Shown here piece by piece: positions 8,077 to 18,719 of a stretch of DNA of 64,000 nucleotides; position 1 is the first letter of the stretch, and each line of letters opens with the position of its first letter. The stretch spans positions 1 to 64,000 of the forward strand of contig CAVTRC010000002.1 in the NCBI GenBank assembly GCA_963737065.1, written 5' to 3'. The notes under the pieces are model-generated. The model ran no database searches. It had not been told where the DNA came from and was given only the letters and a program-made list of their open reading frames with translations. A program made the position numbers and the translations under genes. Origin of the DNA: Candidatus Eremiobacteria bacterium. GTDB lineage: Bacteria > Vulcanimicrobiota > Vulcanimicrobiia > Vulcanimicrobiales > Vulcanimicrobiaceae.

Positions 8077-9480
8077 TTAGTTGCAGCCGTTCGTCGTTAG
8101 AAGAACGTACGCGTCGAAGTTCGCGACATGAAGCGGGTTCGATATCGCGCGTCCGACGAGATCGCGATAGGTATGACCGCTGGGAAGCGTTGCCACTTCG
8201 CTTGAAAGCGACGATCCGCTGTTCACGACCACGAGTGCATTAGTGAAGCGGCGATACCATACATTCGGGCTTGGTGAGGTTCCTTGATACGCGTCTTCGC
8301 ACGCAGTGCCGAAGTTCGTCGCGTATAACGAATTGTATTGCTCGACTCCGTAGGCGGTGCTGTTACCCGCGAACAGCCCTTCAGCGCCTTCGTTCCCCAT
8401 GAGGTATGTGGCGATCGAATGCTCGATTTGCGTCGTTGAAAGCGCTGTCGTTTGCACGTATTTATCGATAATCAGCGGCGCCACGCCGTGCGCTTGCGCG
8501 TAGCGAACCCAATTGAGCGTCAGCGCGAAGAGCGACGTCGTGCTCGTGTACTTGCCGTAATCGGAATAGCCGGTTTCGTCGACGTCGGCATCCACGTTCG
8601 CAAGAAGAGTTTGCTCGTTCGCGCTGTTGATATTGCCGGCGGGGTGGTTGACGATGAACTTGAGTCCCTCCAACGCGGCGAGACTGTGCGCGGTTTGCGC
8701 CCACGCAACCGTGTCGGTTGCCCACCGTGTATCCGTCTTGCTGCTGTACCGCCGCACGAACGTGCTGCCTTCATAGATGCCGCACGCATACGCGCCGCTG
8801 CCGGCCGCTGCGCCGCCGGCGTTCCAGAAGACGACTTCATCGGCCGCGAGTGCATTGTATCCATTCGCTCGCGCGTATGCCGCTGCCGCTTTGACTTGGT
8901 AACTTACGACCGACGGATTGTGAAAGTCGAGCGGAATATTGGTGGTCAGGCCGCCGACGTACGCGGGGATCTTTGTTGGCGTTCCGGTCGCCGTGCATGA
9001 GTACAAAATCCAATCGGGATGGTATGTCTGCCACCACGCGAGATTGTGGCCTGCAGCGCCCCATGCCGAATAGCTCAAATCGGTTTCTTGCGGAAAATAG
9101 TACGAAGCAATAATGCTCGAATTGCCTGCGAGCCAGGCTGGTGCCATTCCGGGGCGAGCACCCCAAATGACGCCATACCGTTTTGCGTCGGCCTCTGCGG
9201 CCGCTGGTGAGATGCGCGGCGTCCCCATAACATCGAAGACTTGAAATAACCCGACGCCTATTTTCGCCTGCGGCATGAGCGTGGTCGTTGAACCGGTCAT
9301 CGGAGATGCGGCCGTGGCGCTCATTGGGACGGCCAGGGTTGATTGAGGAGTCGATGACACAGGAGCCATCATTGAACCGGCATCCGATCCGCCGCCACAC
9401 GCAGCGAGGGGAGCCGCCAATATCGCAACGAGTGCGACCTTTAGAACGTGGTTCTTGTTCACGCTACGGTCGTCGGACAC
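8077..9480 (-). CDS. Secreted lipoprotein, putative glycoside hydrolase-like domain
   Basis: Lipobox LAAC; S/T/P linker; aromatic-rich domain with HPDWILY, PLDFHNP, ADEV, DETGY, RRFTN..VVVN (resembles GHL15-like families); start uncertain. Confidence 0.7.
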   Translation of the reverse strand: MSDDRSVNKNHVLKVALVAILAAPLAACGGGSDAGSMMAPVSSTPQSTLAVPMSATAASPMTGSTTTLMPQAKIGVGLFQVFDVMGTPRISPAAAEADAKRYGVIWGARPGMAPAWLAGNSSIIASYYFPQETDLSYSAWGAAGHNLAWWQTYHPDWILYSCTATGTPTKIPAYVGGLTTNIPLDFHNPSVVSYQVKAAAAYARANGYNALAADEVVFWNAGGAAAGSGAYACGIYEGSTFVRRYSSKTDTRWATDTVAWAQTAHSLAALEGLKFIVNHPAGNINSANEQTLLANVDADVDETGYSDYGKYTSTTSLFALTLNWVRYAQAHGVAPLIIDKYVQTTALSTTQIEHSIATYLMGNEGAEGLFAGNSTAYGVEQYNSLYATNFGTACEDAYQGTSPSPNVWYRRFTNALVVVNSGSSLSSEVATLPSGHTYRDLVGRAISNPLHVANFDAYVLLTTNGCN

Positions 9481-9602
9481 GGCCGGCGTCGATATTAAGC
9501 TTTTTGCGGTTTCGTTACGTGCTGAAAATATTTTATAAACAAACGGTGACGGGAAATTGATCCGACGTGGCAGGTCTGTGTTCGTTGAGAGCCTTGGGAA
9601 AC

Positions 9603-9634
9603 GAGAAACGGCGGCCGTTAGGCCGCCGTTTCTC
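9603..9634. terminator. Strong hairpin, probable terminator between the paralogues
   Basis: Perfect 14-bp stem GAGAAACGGCGGCC-gtta-GGCCGCCGTTTCTC. Confidence 0.7.
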
Positions 9635-9653
9635 TGGTGAGATCCGAGGATTC

Positions 9654-11372
9654 TTAGCAGCCGCCGCTGCCGAGCAGAATGTATGCGTTGGCCGGGCTCG
9701 CACTCAGTGTCGTGCCCGTGATGCTGCCTCCCATCGAGTCGCTGTATAGGCCGCCGAGGGGGACCGCCGCAGAACTCTTACTCGGATTGACGACGACGAT
9801 ACCGTGCGAGAACTTCCGAACGTACGCGGATCCGACCGTGGTGTACGAGCCGCACGACTTTCCGAGTTGCTGGTTGATCTTCGTGATTTGCCCGAAGTCG
9901 TAGACCGCGCCATACGGGCCGGGGGTGATGAAGAGTGACGCCTTTCCTTCGTTGCCAATCAGGTAGCTGCCGATTGCGTACGCGAGCTGCGAAGCCGTGA
10001 GGCCGAAGTTGCTTGCGTCGCCGTTGAGGCTGCCGCTGAACTTCGCGGTTTCGAGAATCGTCTTGCCTTGGTGTTGAACGTACTCCATGTACGAGAGCGC
10101 CGTCGCAAAGAGATCCGGTGCAGTCGCATACCGTCCATAATCGACGAAGCCCGTTTCATCGACCATCCCGTCGACGTTCGCAACGAGCTTCTCCTCGTCG
10201 GGATTCGCGATGCTGCCGGCGGGGTGATTTACGAACAGTTTCAACTTGTGCGCAGCGAACGTCGGGTTCGATGCAACAATCTGTTTTGCGGTTGCGACCC
10301 ACGCCGCTACGTCATGGTTCCACTGCGGATCGTGGTTCGGAAAACCACCGCCCGGCGAGCCCCAGCGACGTACGAACGTGCCGTTCTGATAGATCCCGCA
10401 ACCGTAGTACCCCGACTCCTGACCGCCGTCATAATCGAAGAACAACGTTTGGTCGGCACCGATTGCATTTGCGCCGTGCGCGATCGCGAAGTTTCCGACC
10501 GTTTCAATTTGATACTGAATGACGGCCGGGTTGTGAATGTCGAGCGGCACGTCGCCCGGGAGACCCGGCTGATATGCGACCGTGTGCGTCGGCTGGTTGT
10601 CGGCGTTGCAGTCGTAGACGACCCAGTCCGGATGATTTGCTTCGAACCACGCGATGGTGTGGCCCGAAATCGGGTGGTAGTCCGTCGGCTGAACGAAATA
10701 CTGAATTGCGGCGAGCTTCGGATTTGCCGAAATCCATTTTCTAGCAGTCGCGCCTTCGTCGCCATCGCCGGCGCCCCATACGGCTGACGTTTTGTTCGCC
10801 ACTGCTTGCGCTTGCGCCGCGGTGGTGGAGTAGTCAAAGATCTGGAACATGCTGACGGCGCCCGCGACGCCGCCGCCTCCAATCGGCCCCGGCGCGACGG
10901 TAGGGACGGGGCTCGGCGAAGCGCTGGGATGTGAAGGCGGCGGCACGGTCGTGCCGGTTGATACGACGGACGCGCTCGCCGCTTGAAAGTTGCCCAGCGA
11001 ATTATAAAAACCGGTGGCCTTCACGACGTCGCCGACTTTCGCGCGATTTATTTCACTGGAGTAGATCGAGACGTTGCCTTTACCTTGGATCGCGGCCACG
11101 ACGTGGAAGTACGGCGTCGTCGATATGCTGTTGACCGGCCCTTGAATCGTCACGTACGACGACGATGCCATGGGCGACGAGGCCGCTGACGACGATGCCG
11201 CTGACGACGCTGCGGCCGGCGACAATGCCGGTGACGACGATGCGGCTTGCGGTATCATCGGCGCGGGATCGGGGCCCGGCGGCGTGACGCCGGAGCTCGG
11301 ACCACCGGAGCACGCGCTCGCGGAGAGCGCGAAGAACAATAGCAAACAGAAGCGTTTGAAGAAACGTCTCAT
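9654..11372 (-). CDS. Secreted lipoprotein, paralogue of 8077-9480 with an extra N-terminal beta domain
   Basis: Lipobox ASAC; shares FQ.FD, WGA, HPDW, PLD.HNP, CGIY, NHPAG, DETG..DYG, YL.GNEG with its neighbour. Confidence 0.75.
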   Translation of the reverse strand: MRRFFKRFCLLLFFALSASACSGGPSSGVTPPGPDPAPMIPQAASSSPALSPAAASSAASSSAASSPMASSSYVTIQGPVNSISTTPYFHVVAAIQGKGNVSIYSSEINRAKVGDVVKATGFYNSLGNFQAASASVVSTGTTVPPPSHPSASPSPVPTVAPGPIGGGGVAGAVSMFQIFDYSTTAAQAQAVANKTSAVWGAGDGDEGATARKWISANPKLAAIQYFVQPTDYHPISGHTIAWFEANHPDWVVYDCNADNQPTHTVAYQPGLPGDVPLDIHNPAVIQYQIETVGNFAIAHGANAIGADQTLFFDYDGGQESGYYGCGIYQNGTFVRRWGSPGGGFPNHDPQWNHDVAAWVATAKQIVASNPTFAAHKLKLFVNHPAGSIANPDEEKLVANVDGMVDETGFVDYGRYATAPDLFATALSYMEYVQHQGKTILETAKFSGSLNGDASNFGLTASQLAYAIGSYLIGNEGKASLFITPGPYGAVYDFGQITKINQQLGKSCGSYTTVGSAYVRKFSHGIVVVNPSKSSAAVPLGGLYSDSMGGSITGTTLSASPANAYILLGSGGC

Positions 11373-11628
11373 TTCAAATCTTCCCTGATTGACGGCGGCG
11401 ATACCGACGAAGACCGGTCGAAGATCAATAGCTGGCTAGGTCTTGCTCGGCATCCCTACTGATAAACGAGAGGCAAGTTATTGCCCGTAGATTTTTTATC
11501 GGCCGTTCATTAAGGGAAATGCGGGTCTTTTGTAAAGAAACCGCCTCGGACGGTGGCCCGATAAGGGACCGACCACGCGCTTAATATTCGCGAGGGGTTG
11601 CGGACCGCGACCGTAATGAGAGAGAGCG

Positions 11629-12940
11629 ATGCGGGATGCGGAGGTCATCGTTATTGGCGCCGGCGCTGCCGGTCTCGCCAGCGCTCTTCGCCTCGCGAAC
11701 GCCGGAATTTCAGCGATCGTCTTGGAGGCGCGTGAGCGGGTCGGGGGCCGCGTCATGGAAGCGACGAAGGGCGGCGTATCGGCTGAGCTCGGTGCAGAGT
11801 TCATCCACGGGCGGGCGCCCGAAACGCGCGCATTGCTGCGTGAACTCGGGCAACGCGAAGTCGAGCCGAGCGGCGACGATTGGGTGCGCGATGCTTCAGG
11901 CGAATTGCGCCTCAGCGAAGACGAATTTCGTTCGGCGGCGTCGCTATTCAAGGACGTCGACATGCTGGAGGTTGACGAGAGCGTCGAACGCTTCCTCACG
12001 CGCTATGCGAACGGACGCACCGACGTGCAACGGGTGCGGAACGCGCGCGCGTTCGTCGAGGGTTTCGATGCGGCGGATCCCGCAAAAGCGAGTGCGCGCG
12101 GTATCGCCTTCGAGTGGCAATCCGGAGTCGACGCCGAAGCTGCGCGACCCGTCGGCGGATATCGTCCGCTCTTCGAGCATCTCCACCAGCGTTGCGTTGC
12201 TTCGGGCGTTCGTTTTCACTTCTCGACGATCGTCGAGCACATCGAATGGCAACGCGGTTCCGTATGCATTGCCGCGCGCAATGAATCGCTGTCGTCGCGG
12301 ACGTTTCGCGCCCGCGCTGCAATCGTAACGTTGCCCGTCGGCGTCCTGCGCGGTCCGGACGTGCGGTTCGAACCGGCGCTTCCGTTATCGACGCGCGAGG
12401 CGCTCGACAAGATCGAGATGGGCGACGTCGTGAAGGTTGCATTGTTTTTCCGCTCGCGGTTCTGGGAGCATCTGTCCCGCGGACGGTATCGCGACGCCGG
12501 ATTCTTTCGCGATTTGACGGACGTCTTTCCAGTGTACTGGACGCAACTGCCGTTGCGACGACCGTTCGTCATCAGCTGGCTTGGCGGACCGGCGGCAACG
12601 CGACTTCGTCGCCGGCCGGCTCACGAGATCGTAACCGATGCGCTCGAGGAATTCGGACGCCTGTTCGATGCGACGCAGCGCGCGTATGAAGAGTTTGAAG
12701 GCGCCGATCATGCATGATTGGGGCGCAGATCCGTTTGCGCGCGGCGCGTACAGTTATCTCGGCGTCGGCGGCGAACGCGCCCGCACGCAGCTCGCGGCAA
12801 CGGTCGACGACACGTTGTTTTTCGCAGGCGAGGCGACGTCGGAAGACGGACAAGGCGGGACGGTGAACGGAGCGCTCGTAACCGGAGAACGTGCGGCTCG
12901 TGAAGTGGCGGCCTTGCTTGCGCCGAAACCGCCGCCGTAA
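11629..12940 (+). CDS. FAD-dependent amine oxidase family protein (+1 frameshift near 12700)
   Basis: GAGAAG, EARERVGGRV, ELGAEFIHG; C-terminal HDWGADPFARGAYSY and LFFAGEAT lie in the next frame. Confidence 0.85.
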
Positions 12941-13491
12941 TGGAATCCGCGTCATCGACGTTTTCTTCGTGGTCGGTGTTTTATACGTTGACCGGAAGTT
13001 CCGCCGCCGCATTAACGGGACTCACGTTCGTGGTGATCACGCTGATGCAAGACAGCCGGCGACGCGTTTCAACGGACGGGATTCCAAGGGTCAGTGCCGC
13101 AACGATCGCGCACTTTACCGCGGCATTGATGATTTCCGGGATTCTGTGTGCGCCATGGCCGGCGCTCATCGGACCCGAAACACTGCTCGCGCTCATCGGA
13201 GCGGCCGGCGTTTCGTATCAGTGCCGCTTGCTGATGATGTCATTGGAATCGACGGCAACGGGATACGAACCCGACGCGGAAGATTGGACGTGGTATACGT
13301 TTCTTCCGATGTTTGCCTACGCGCTCGTCCTTGCGGGAGCAATCGTTCTCGCGATCGCGCCGAGATTTGCCGCGTACGCGCCGGCCGCGGGCGTCGCGCT
13401 ACTGATCCTGATCGGCATTCACAACTCCTGGGATATCGTAACGTACATCGCGTTCTTGGATCGGCCGCAGCACGAGGACGACCAGCAGTAG
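12940..13491 (+). CDS. Hypothetical integral membrane protein
   Basis: Several TM segments; GSSAAALTGLTFV and IGIHNSWD; TAATG overlap. Confidence 0.8.
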   Translation: MESASSTFSSWSVFYTLTGSSAAALTGLTFVVITLMQDSRRRVSTDGIPRVSAATIAHFTAALMISGILCAPWPALIGPETLLALIGAAGVSYQCRLLMMSLESTATGYEPDAEDWTWYTFLPMFAYALVLAGAIVLAIAPRFAAYAPAAGVALLILIGIHNSWDIVTYIAFLDRPQHEDDQQ

Positions 13492-13494
13492 ATG

Positions 13495-14228
13495 CTACAC
13501 GGCTTTCTTTCGCGGTAACAGAAAGAGAAGCGGCGCAAGCGCCGCAGCAATGAGACCCGAGACGAGCAGTACGTCCGCGTACGCGAGCGTCGTGGATTGC
13601 TGCTGTACGAGCGCCGAGAGCTGCGCCGCCGAGTGCGTCTGCATGAACTGTGCGACCGCCGGGTGCGAGAGCGTCATGGATCCCGCAAGCATCGACTGCT
13701 GGAAAATCGTCCGGCGATCGAGCATCGTCACGAGCGCCGCTGCCGTAATGGAACCGCCCATTTGAAACGACAGAATAATGAACGACGACGCTTTTGCCGC
13801 TTCCTGGGGGACCGCGCGCAGCGTTGCAACGAGCAGCGGGGAATAGACGAGCGCGATGCCGGTTCCAGCGAAGAGCTGCGGCAATACGCAATCGTAAATC
13901 CCGCGATCGAGGCGAGAAAATAGTTCTTGCGGCCGAACCGGCGCTGCAGCCACGGCGTAATCGGGATGACCACGACGTTCGCGACGACAAACGCCGTGAC
14001 GACCCAAATCGCTTCATCGACCGTTGCGCCGAGATTGCCTTGAATCGTCGGAAGCGACACGTTGACGATCGTGGTGTCGATCATCTGCAGCAGTGCCGCG
14101 AGCATGACGCCGGCGACGATCAGCACGCGCCGTAGCCCGTATTCTACGAGCGGCTCGGCCTGCGTGGGCGACGGACGTACGGCAACTACAGGCGTCCGCG
14201 GCGGTGCCGGACGCTGAATCGACAACAT
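13495..14228 (-). pseudogene. DHA2/EmrB-family MFS transporter with large internal deletion
   Basis: N-terminal DTTIVNVSLPTIQGNLG..FGRK joined out of frame (near 13887) to C-terminal QMGGSI..LDRR; central helices missing relative to the paralogue at 39421-40956. Confidence 0.8.
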
Positions 14229-14273
14229 TGCGCTGTAAAACTATCGCACGCGCAAAACGGTTGCGTCGATTTT

Positions 14274-15680
14274 TTACTGTTGTTGCGTTACGAAATTAAT
14301 CGTTGGCTGATCGCACGGTTCGCCCATGTGCGCGTCCGGAATCGCCGTTTGCCGCGTTGCGGTGATATCGGTGCTTTCTGCCGCTTGTTGTTCGACCACG
14401 CCGTCCCACGCGTGCACGTCGACGCCCGCAGGAATCAACGCCCACCAGAAGAGGCGCTCGACGCTGTACTCTTCCGTCCCGGCAACGCGTTCAATAGTGG
14501 GATATGGAGCGAGGGAATGCACGCCGCTCAAGATTTGCTGTAACGCGGAACTGTTCGTGCCGAGCGATGCGACCATGCCACTCTTGATCGCTTCATCGAT
14601 CTGCGCCGGTGACGAGATCGTTTCGGCCGCGAGCGTCAGCAGAAGATCGCGCAAGAGCACGTTCGATGGATCGGCGATCGGCGAGCCGCGCAGCGGAAGC
14701 GGTCCGCCGACGAGAACCGTGCGGTTCGGCTTGGAAGTCAATTGCGGTAGGCTCGCAAGCGTCACGAGCGTTCCGTAACTATGCGCTTCGATGTCGTAGT
14801 TGGAGAGCGAGAGACCGTTGACGAACGTTGTAAAGAGCGCCGCTTCAACCGCCGGCGGCTGCGCATAGTCGTAATCGAAGCCGAAGATTTGTTGATACGA
14901 GTACGGAGCGGTGCTGTCGCCGTCAGCGGACGTCGACAGGTAGTCGTTTGCGCATGAATACGCAGTCTCAACGCTCGAGAAAATCCCGTGAATCACGACC
15001 AGCGTTCGCGCGCTCGTGCTCCAAACGTTGAACGGCTGCTGCCAGTAGCCACCGTACCAGGTCGGGATCCACAGTTTGCCGCCGAGTTGCGTCGCTTTCG
15101 CGGTCGCGTTCGTTTCGCCGAGCGCAATCTTGATGTTCGTTACACCGGCGAGCATCGGTTTGGGAATCTCGAGCCGAAGCGTATGCCGCGCAACGTCAAA
15201 CGTGCCGTGAAGCACGACACGGTTGCTGCCCGCCGCCGTCGTTAGCGTGACGAGCGGAGCGGCAGCGGATTCGATCGCCGCTGCCTCTACCGGTCCGTAC
15301 ACCATCGACACTTCTATGCCGGTGGGTGCGCTCGTGTACGAGTACGTTGCGCCGGGGTTGCGTGCAGCGATGCCGCCCGGAAGCGAAATCGACAACACGC
15401 CGTGCGCGACGCTCCACGCGCTGTTCGGCGGAGTGTCCGTCGCATTCGCATCGAAGGCGACGCTGACGTTCTGATCCGACGCGAGCACGTTTGGCGCAAC
15501 CGTGACGGCATCGCCGTGCGGTGTTCCCAGGCTTCCGCCGGGCGCGGCGTCGATCGGCATCGTAATGAGGCTCAAGCTCGGTGTCGATGGGCCGACGAAC
15601 TTCCCGGTGGACCCGGAACATGCAGTGAACGCAACAGCAATGAACGATGCTGCCAAAAGGCGACGAACGCGCTTACTCAT
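14274..15680 (-). CDS. Lipoprotein with C-terminal alpha/beta hydrolase (lipase-like) domain
   Basis: Lipobox FTAC; VIHGIFSS, AHSYG nucleophile, GPLPLRGSP, WDGVV, C-terminal His. Confidence 0.75.
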   Translation of the reverse strand: MSKRVRRLLAASFIAVAFTACSGSTGKFVGPSTPSLSLITMPIDAAPGGSLGTPHGDAVTVAPNVLASDQNVSVAFDANATDTPPNSAWSVAHGVLSISLPGGIAARNPGATYSYTSAPTGIEVSMVYGPVEAAAIESAAAPLVTLTTAAGSNRVVLHGTFDVARHTLRLEIPKPMLAGVTNIKIALGETNATAKATQLGGKLWIPTWYGGYWQQPFNVWSTSARTLVVIHGIFSSVETAYSCANDYLSTSADGDSTAPYSYQQIFGFDYDYAQPPAVEAALFTTFVNGLSLSNYDIEAHSYGTLVTLASLPQLTSKPNRTVLVGGPLPLRGSPIADPSNVLLRDLLLTLAAETISSPAQIDEAIKSGMVASLGTNSSALQQILSGVHSLAPYPTIERVAGTEEYSVERLFWWALIPAGVDVHAWDGVVEQQAAESTDITATRQTAIPDAHMGEPCDQPTINFVTQQQ

Positions 15681-16341
15681 CCACGTGGACGTTGCTGCCT
15701 TGATCGTCGAAAGAGAACCGCGTGTCGTAGGCTTTCACTTCGCCCGTGAGGTCGTCGCGGACGCGGGAGTGAATGGCGAGCCGGTGAAACGCCTTGCCGC
15801 CGCGTTTCATCACGCCGCCGTACGAGTATTGAACGAGCGGCGTTTTCTCGTCTATCGGCGCGAGACGTCCTTTGTGCACCAGCATGCCGAGCATCTGGTC
15901 TTGCAGTCGTTTCGGAATGAGTCGCGCGACATCGTCGGCTTTGAGCTTGACGAGTTCGAGTTCTTTCAGCGCCTTGTTTTCAATCGTGACGTGATCGTTG
16001 TTGCAGAAACGGATCACGGCGTCCCAATCGTCCGCGCTGATCCCCGTGAAGCTTAGGCCGTAGCGCCATGCGGGCTTGCCTTGCGCAGTGCCCGGCATCT
16101 GCCAGACGCGCTTCGCGCGAATAACGACATTGCGCGACTCGATCTGCACCCGCAAGTTCACCTCTTCGGGGAGTGCGGCCGGTGAGACGACCCCTACGCC
16201 GCTGCCCGAAATATCGAGGCAGACGCAGCTCGCCCACTGTGATCCCACCGCCGCCCACGCCGGAAACGGACCGGCGCGACGCGGATATTTGCGCCGGTTC
16301 TGCGGTGCCCCGGTGAACAGCGTGATGAGGTCATTGAGCAT
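15673..16341 (-). CDS. PilZ-domain (c-di-GMP-binding) protein
   Basis: RRKYPR (RxxxR) and DISGSG (DxSxxG) motifs. Confidence 0.88.
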   Translation of the reverse strand: MLNDLITLFTGAPQNRRKYPRRAGPFPAWAAVGSQWASCVCLDISGSGVGVVSPAALPEEVNLRVQIESRNVVIRAKRVWQMPGTAQGKPAWRYGLSFTGISADDWDAVIRFCNNDHVTIENKALKELELVKLKADDVARLIPKRLQDQMLGMLVHKGRLAPIDEKTPLVQYSYGGVMKRGGKAFHRLAIHSRVRDDLTGEVKAYDTRFSFDDQGSNVHVDE

Positions 16342-16401
16342 CTACCATACTTTTCGACGCTCGCACGCGGGACAATGAGCCTCTGGTCAGGCTTGCACGT
16401 T

Positions 16402-17563
16402 CTACTGATGCCGCGCGACCGTCGATTGGACCGGAATCACCTCGTGCTGAGTGATCCAGGCCGCGGGGCCATCCGCCGAGACGATGTAATCGCCGAAGTA
16501 TTGCCCGTGCGGACCGTCGATCATCACTTGCACCTTCGCGCTCGAACCATCGACGAGTCCCGCGCGCACGACGCGAAATTCGGTCGCGCCGGCCAAAATC
16601 GGCGCTTCCGTAAGGTTTGATGTGCCGGCGCTCGCAGAAAGGCCGAGATTTCCGAGCGCCGAGCTCGCGTCGCCGCGCATGAGCGAGTCGAGGTACGACA
16701 TCACGATAAGACGCGCGCGTTGAACGAGTGCCGGCTCGTGCGAGGGCATCGTTCCAGCGGCGAGCTTCTTTGATGAAATCCGCCGAAGCGCGGCTGCATG
16801 CTCGCGTGCTCGCGTATCCGTCTTCGCGGCCGTGCGATTACGAGCGGCCACGGTGCTTGGAATCGGAGTCGCCTTGGGCTTCGGCGTTGCGACCGGCGTT
16901 GCGACGGGCGTTGGTCGTGCGGTCGGACGCGGCGTCGGCGCCGGGGTCGCGGTCGCCGGCGCCGCGGTATGTTGTGCGACGACGATGTTCGATGGCGCCG
17001 CGCGATGCACGGCGGGATGCACGACCGCATGGTGCGCGACGCTTCGCACGGGCGGTGCATGGGCAACGACGGCCGGACGATGCGACATCCACGCGAACGC
17101 CGTTTTTCCGGCCGGGACGATCAAGAAGATCAGCGCCGCGAGCGCGGCGCCCCCGGCAATGATGCCCGAGAGCGATGGCGCCGGCGGCTTTCTTCACTTT
17201 GGGAAACGCCTCGCGCATGGTGGAGGCTAAGGAATAAACCTGCGGACCGCCTTCGGGCCCTTCAACGGTTGCCGGGGCCTCCGTAATCGCCGGACCGAGG
17301 ATCGCATGGAGAGCGCGGCGGTCGAGCGTTCGAAGCGCGCGACGGTTCTGCTCGAGAAACGTCCGGAAATCCGGCGACATCTCAAAGAGCGCGCGCTCGT
17401 CGTCGTCCATACGCGGAACGCTGTGCGCGATGAGTTCTTGAAGCTGCGCTTCGCTGAGTGTGTCCAAGTACGCGCGCGTCGCTTGCGCCACGGCAAGGGG
17501 GCTAAGCGCGGAGAGCGCGTAGTCCACCGAGCGCGACCCGCGGTCCGGCTTCATAAACATCAC
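16402..17563 (-). CDS. Hypothetical single-pass membrane protein with Pro/Thr-rich linker (+1 frameshift near 17190)
   Basis: 5' frame (16838-17563) switches at AAGAAAG to the frame encoding the TM helix GIIAGGAALAALIFLIV and the C-terminal domain. Confidence 0.6.
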
Positions 17564-17658
17564 GACGCTACTCTACCCGTTCAATTCGTGCGCTGCTAGG
17601 CGCGACCGGCAGCGCGAAAACTAGGACTATCGCCTGGGGCTGAAGGAGAGCGGTCGCC

Positions 17659-18684
17659 ATGCGCTTCGTCGTTCTCACCTGGGCGCTGTCGCGGTTGCTC
17701 GTCATCGGCGTGATTGCAGCGAATGGGCACGCGAGCGCTTTCATGAATTGGGATGGTGCCTGGTACGGTTCGATTCTCGCGCACGGGTACGAATACATGC
17801 CGGACGGCCGCCGCCACAACGTCGCATTCTTCCCGTTATTTCCACTGCTCGCCGTCCCATTCGTGACGCACGGTGTACCGTGGCCGATCGCTGCCGCCGT
17901 TCTTTCGAACGCGTTATTCCTCGCGGCACTCGTCGTCGTCTATCGCATCGCCGTTCGACATTACGATCCCGTGAGCGCGAGATGGTGCGTGACCGTTGCG
18001 TGTTTGCTGCCGCCGTCGCTGTTTTGCAGCGTTGCATATCCGCAAAGCTTGTTCTTATTGTGCAGCGCGGCGGTCCTCTATCTGTGGGATCGTTCGCGCG
18101 CGCCGGCGGCCGGTGCCGCAGGTGCCCTCGCGTCGGCCGCAAGTCCGCTCGGCATTCCGCTCGCGTGCGCAATGCTCGTCGATGGAATCGCGCAACGCCG
18201 CGCCGCCGCGATTGTGGCTGGGCTGCTCGCGTTCTGCGGAACGGGTGCGTTTGCACTCTACTGCGCGCTTCATTTCCGCGATGCAGTGGCATTCGTCCAC
18301 GCGCAGCGTGCATGGCGTAACGGCTTCGGTGTCGACCTCAGCGCATGGCGCGCAATTTTCGGTTCCCTCATGACGCTGGACGGCTTTCGTCAAAACATCA
18401 TGGTCGTCGCGCTCGTTCCTATCGGGGCGCTCGCCGTGCTCGTGCAAGCTCGCGCGCTCGGGCGTTTGATGACGATCTACGCGCTCGCTGGGCTCGCAAT
18501 GCTCGTACTTTCGGGCACGCCGTTTTCGGTCGACCGTAATGCATATGCCCTTGCACCCATCCTCATCGCGTACGGTGCGATGTTTCGCCGCGTACCGGCG
18601 GCCGGTTACGTCGCGCTCGCGCTGTGCGCGCTGCTGTTGCTCGTCGACAGTGCCCGGTTCGCGCGTTTCGAGTGGGTGGCGTAA
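17659..18684 (+). CDS. GT-C mannosyltransferase (PIG-V-like) membrane protein
   Basis: WDGAWYGSI, AFFPLFPLL, AQRAW motifs; multiple TMs; RBS AAGGAG. Confidence 0.85.
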   Translation: MRFVVLTWALSRLLVIGVIAANGHASAFMNWDGAWYGSILAHGYEYMPDGRRHNVAFFPLFPLLAVPFVTHGVPWPIAAAVLSNALFLAALVVVYRIAVRHYDPVSARWCVTVACLLPPSLFCSVAYPQSLFLLCSAAVLYLWDRSRAPAAGAAGALASAASPLGIPLACAMLVDGIAQRRAAAIVAGLLAFCGTGAFALYCALHFRDAVAFVHAQRAWRNGFGVDLSAWRAIFGSLMTLDGFRQNIMVVALVPIGALAVLVQARALGRLMTIYALAGLAMLVLSGTPFSVDRNAYALAPILIAYGAMFRRVPAAGYVALALCALLLLVDSARFARFEWVA

Positions 18685-18719
18685 CCGAACGCGGCGTCAG
18701 CGTTGTTTAGGAAGGATCG

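Noticed and set aside
11160..11250. GACGACGATGCCG-like repeats
   Set aside because: They encode the low-complexity Ala/Ser linker of the lipoprotein.
12690..12720. Programmed ribosomal frameshifting at the gene breaks
   Set aside because: No shared slippery sequence, and these families are not known to be recoded; sequencing insertions are the simpler explanation.
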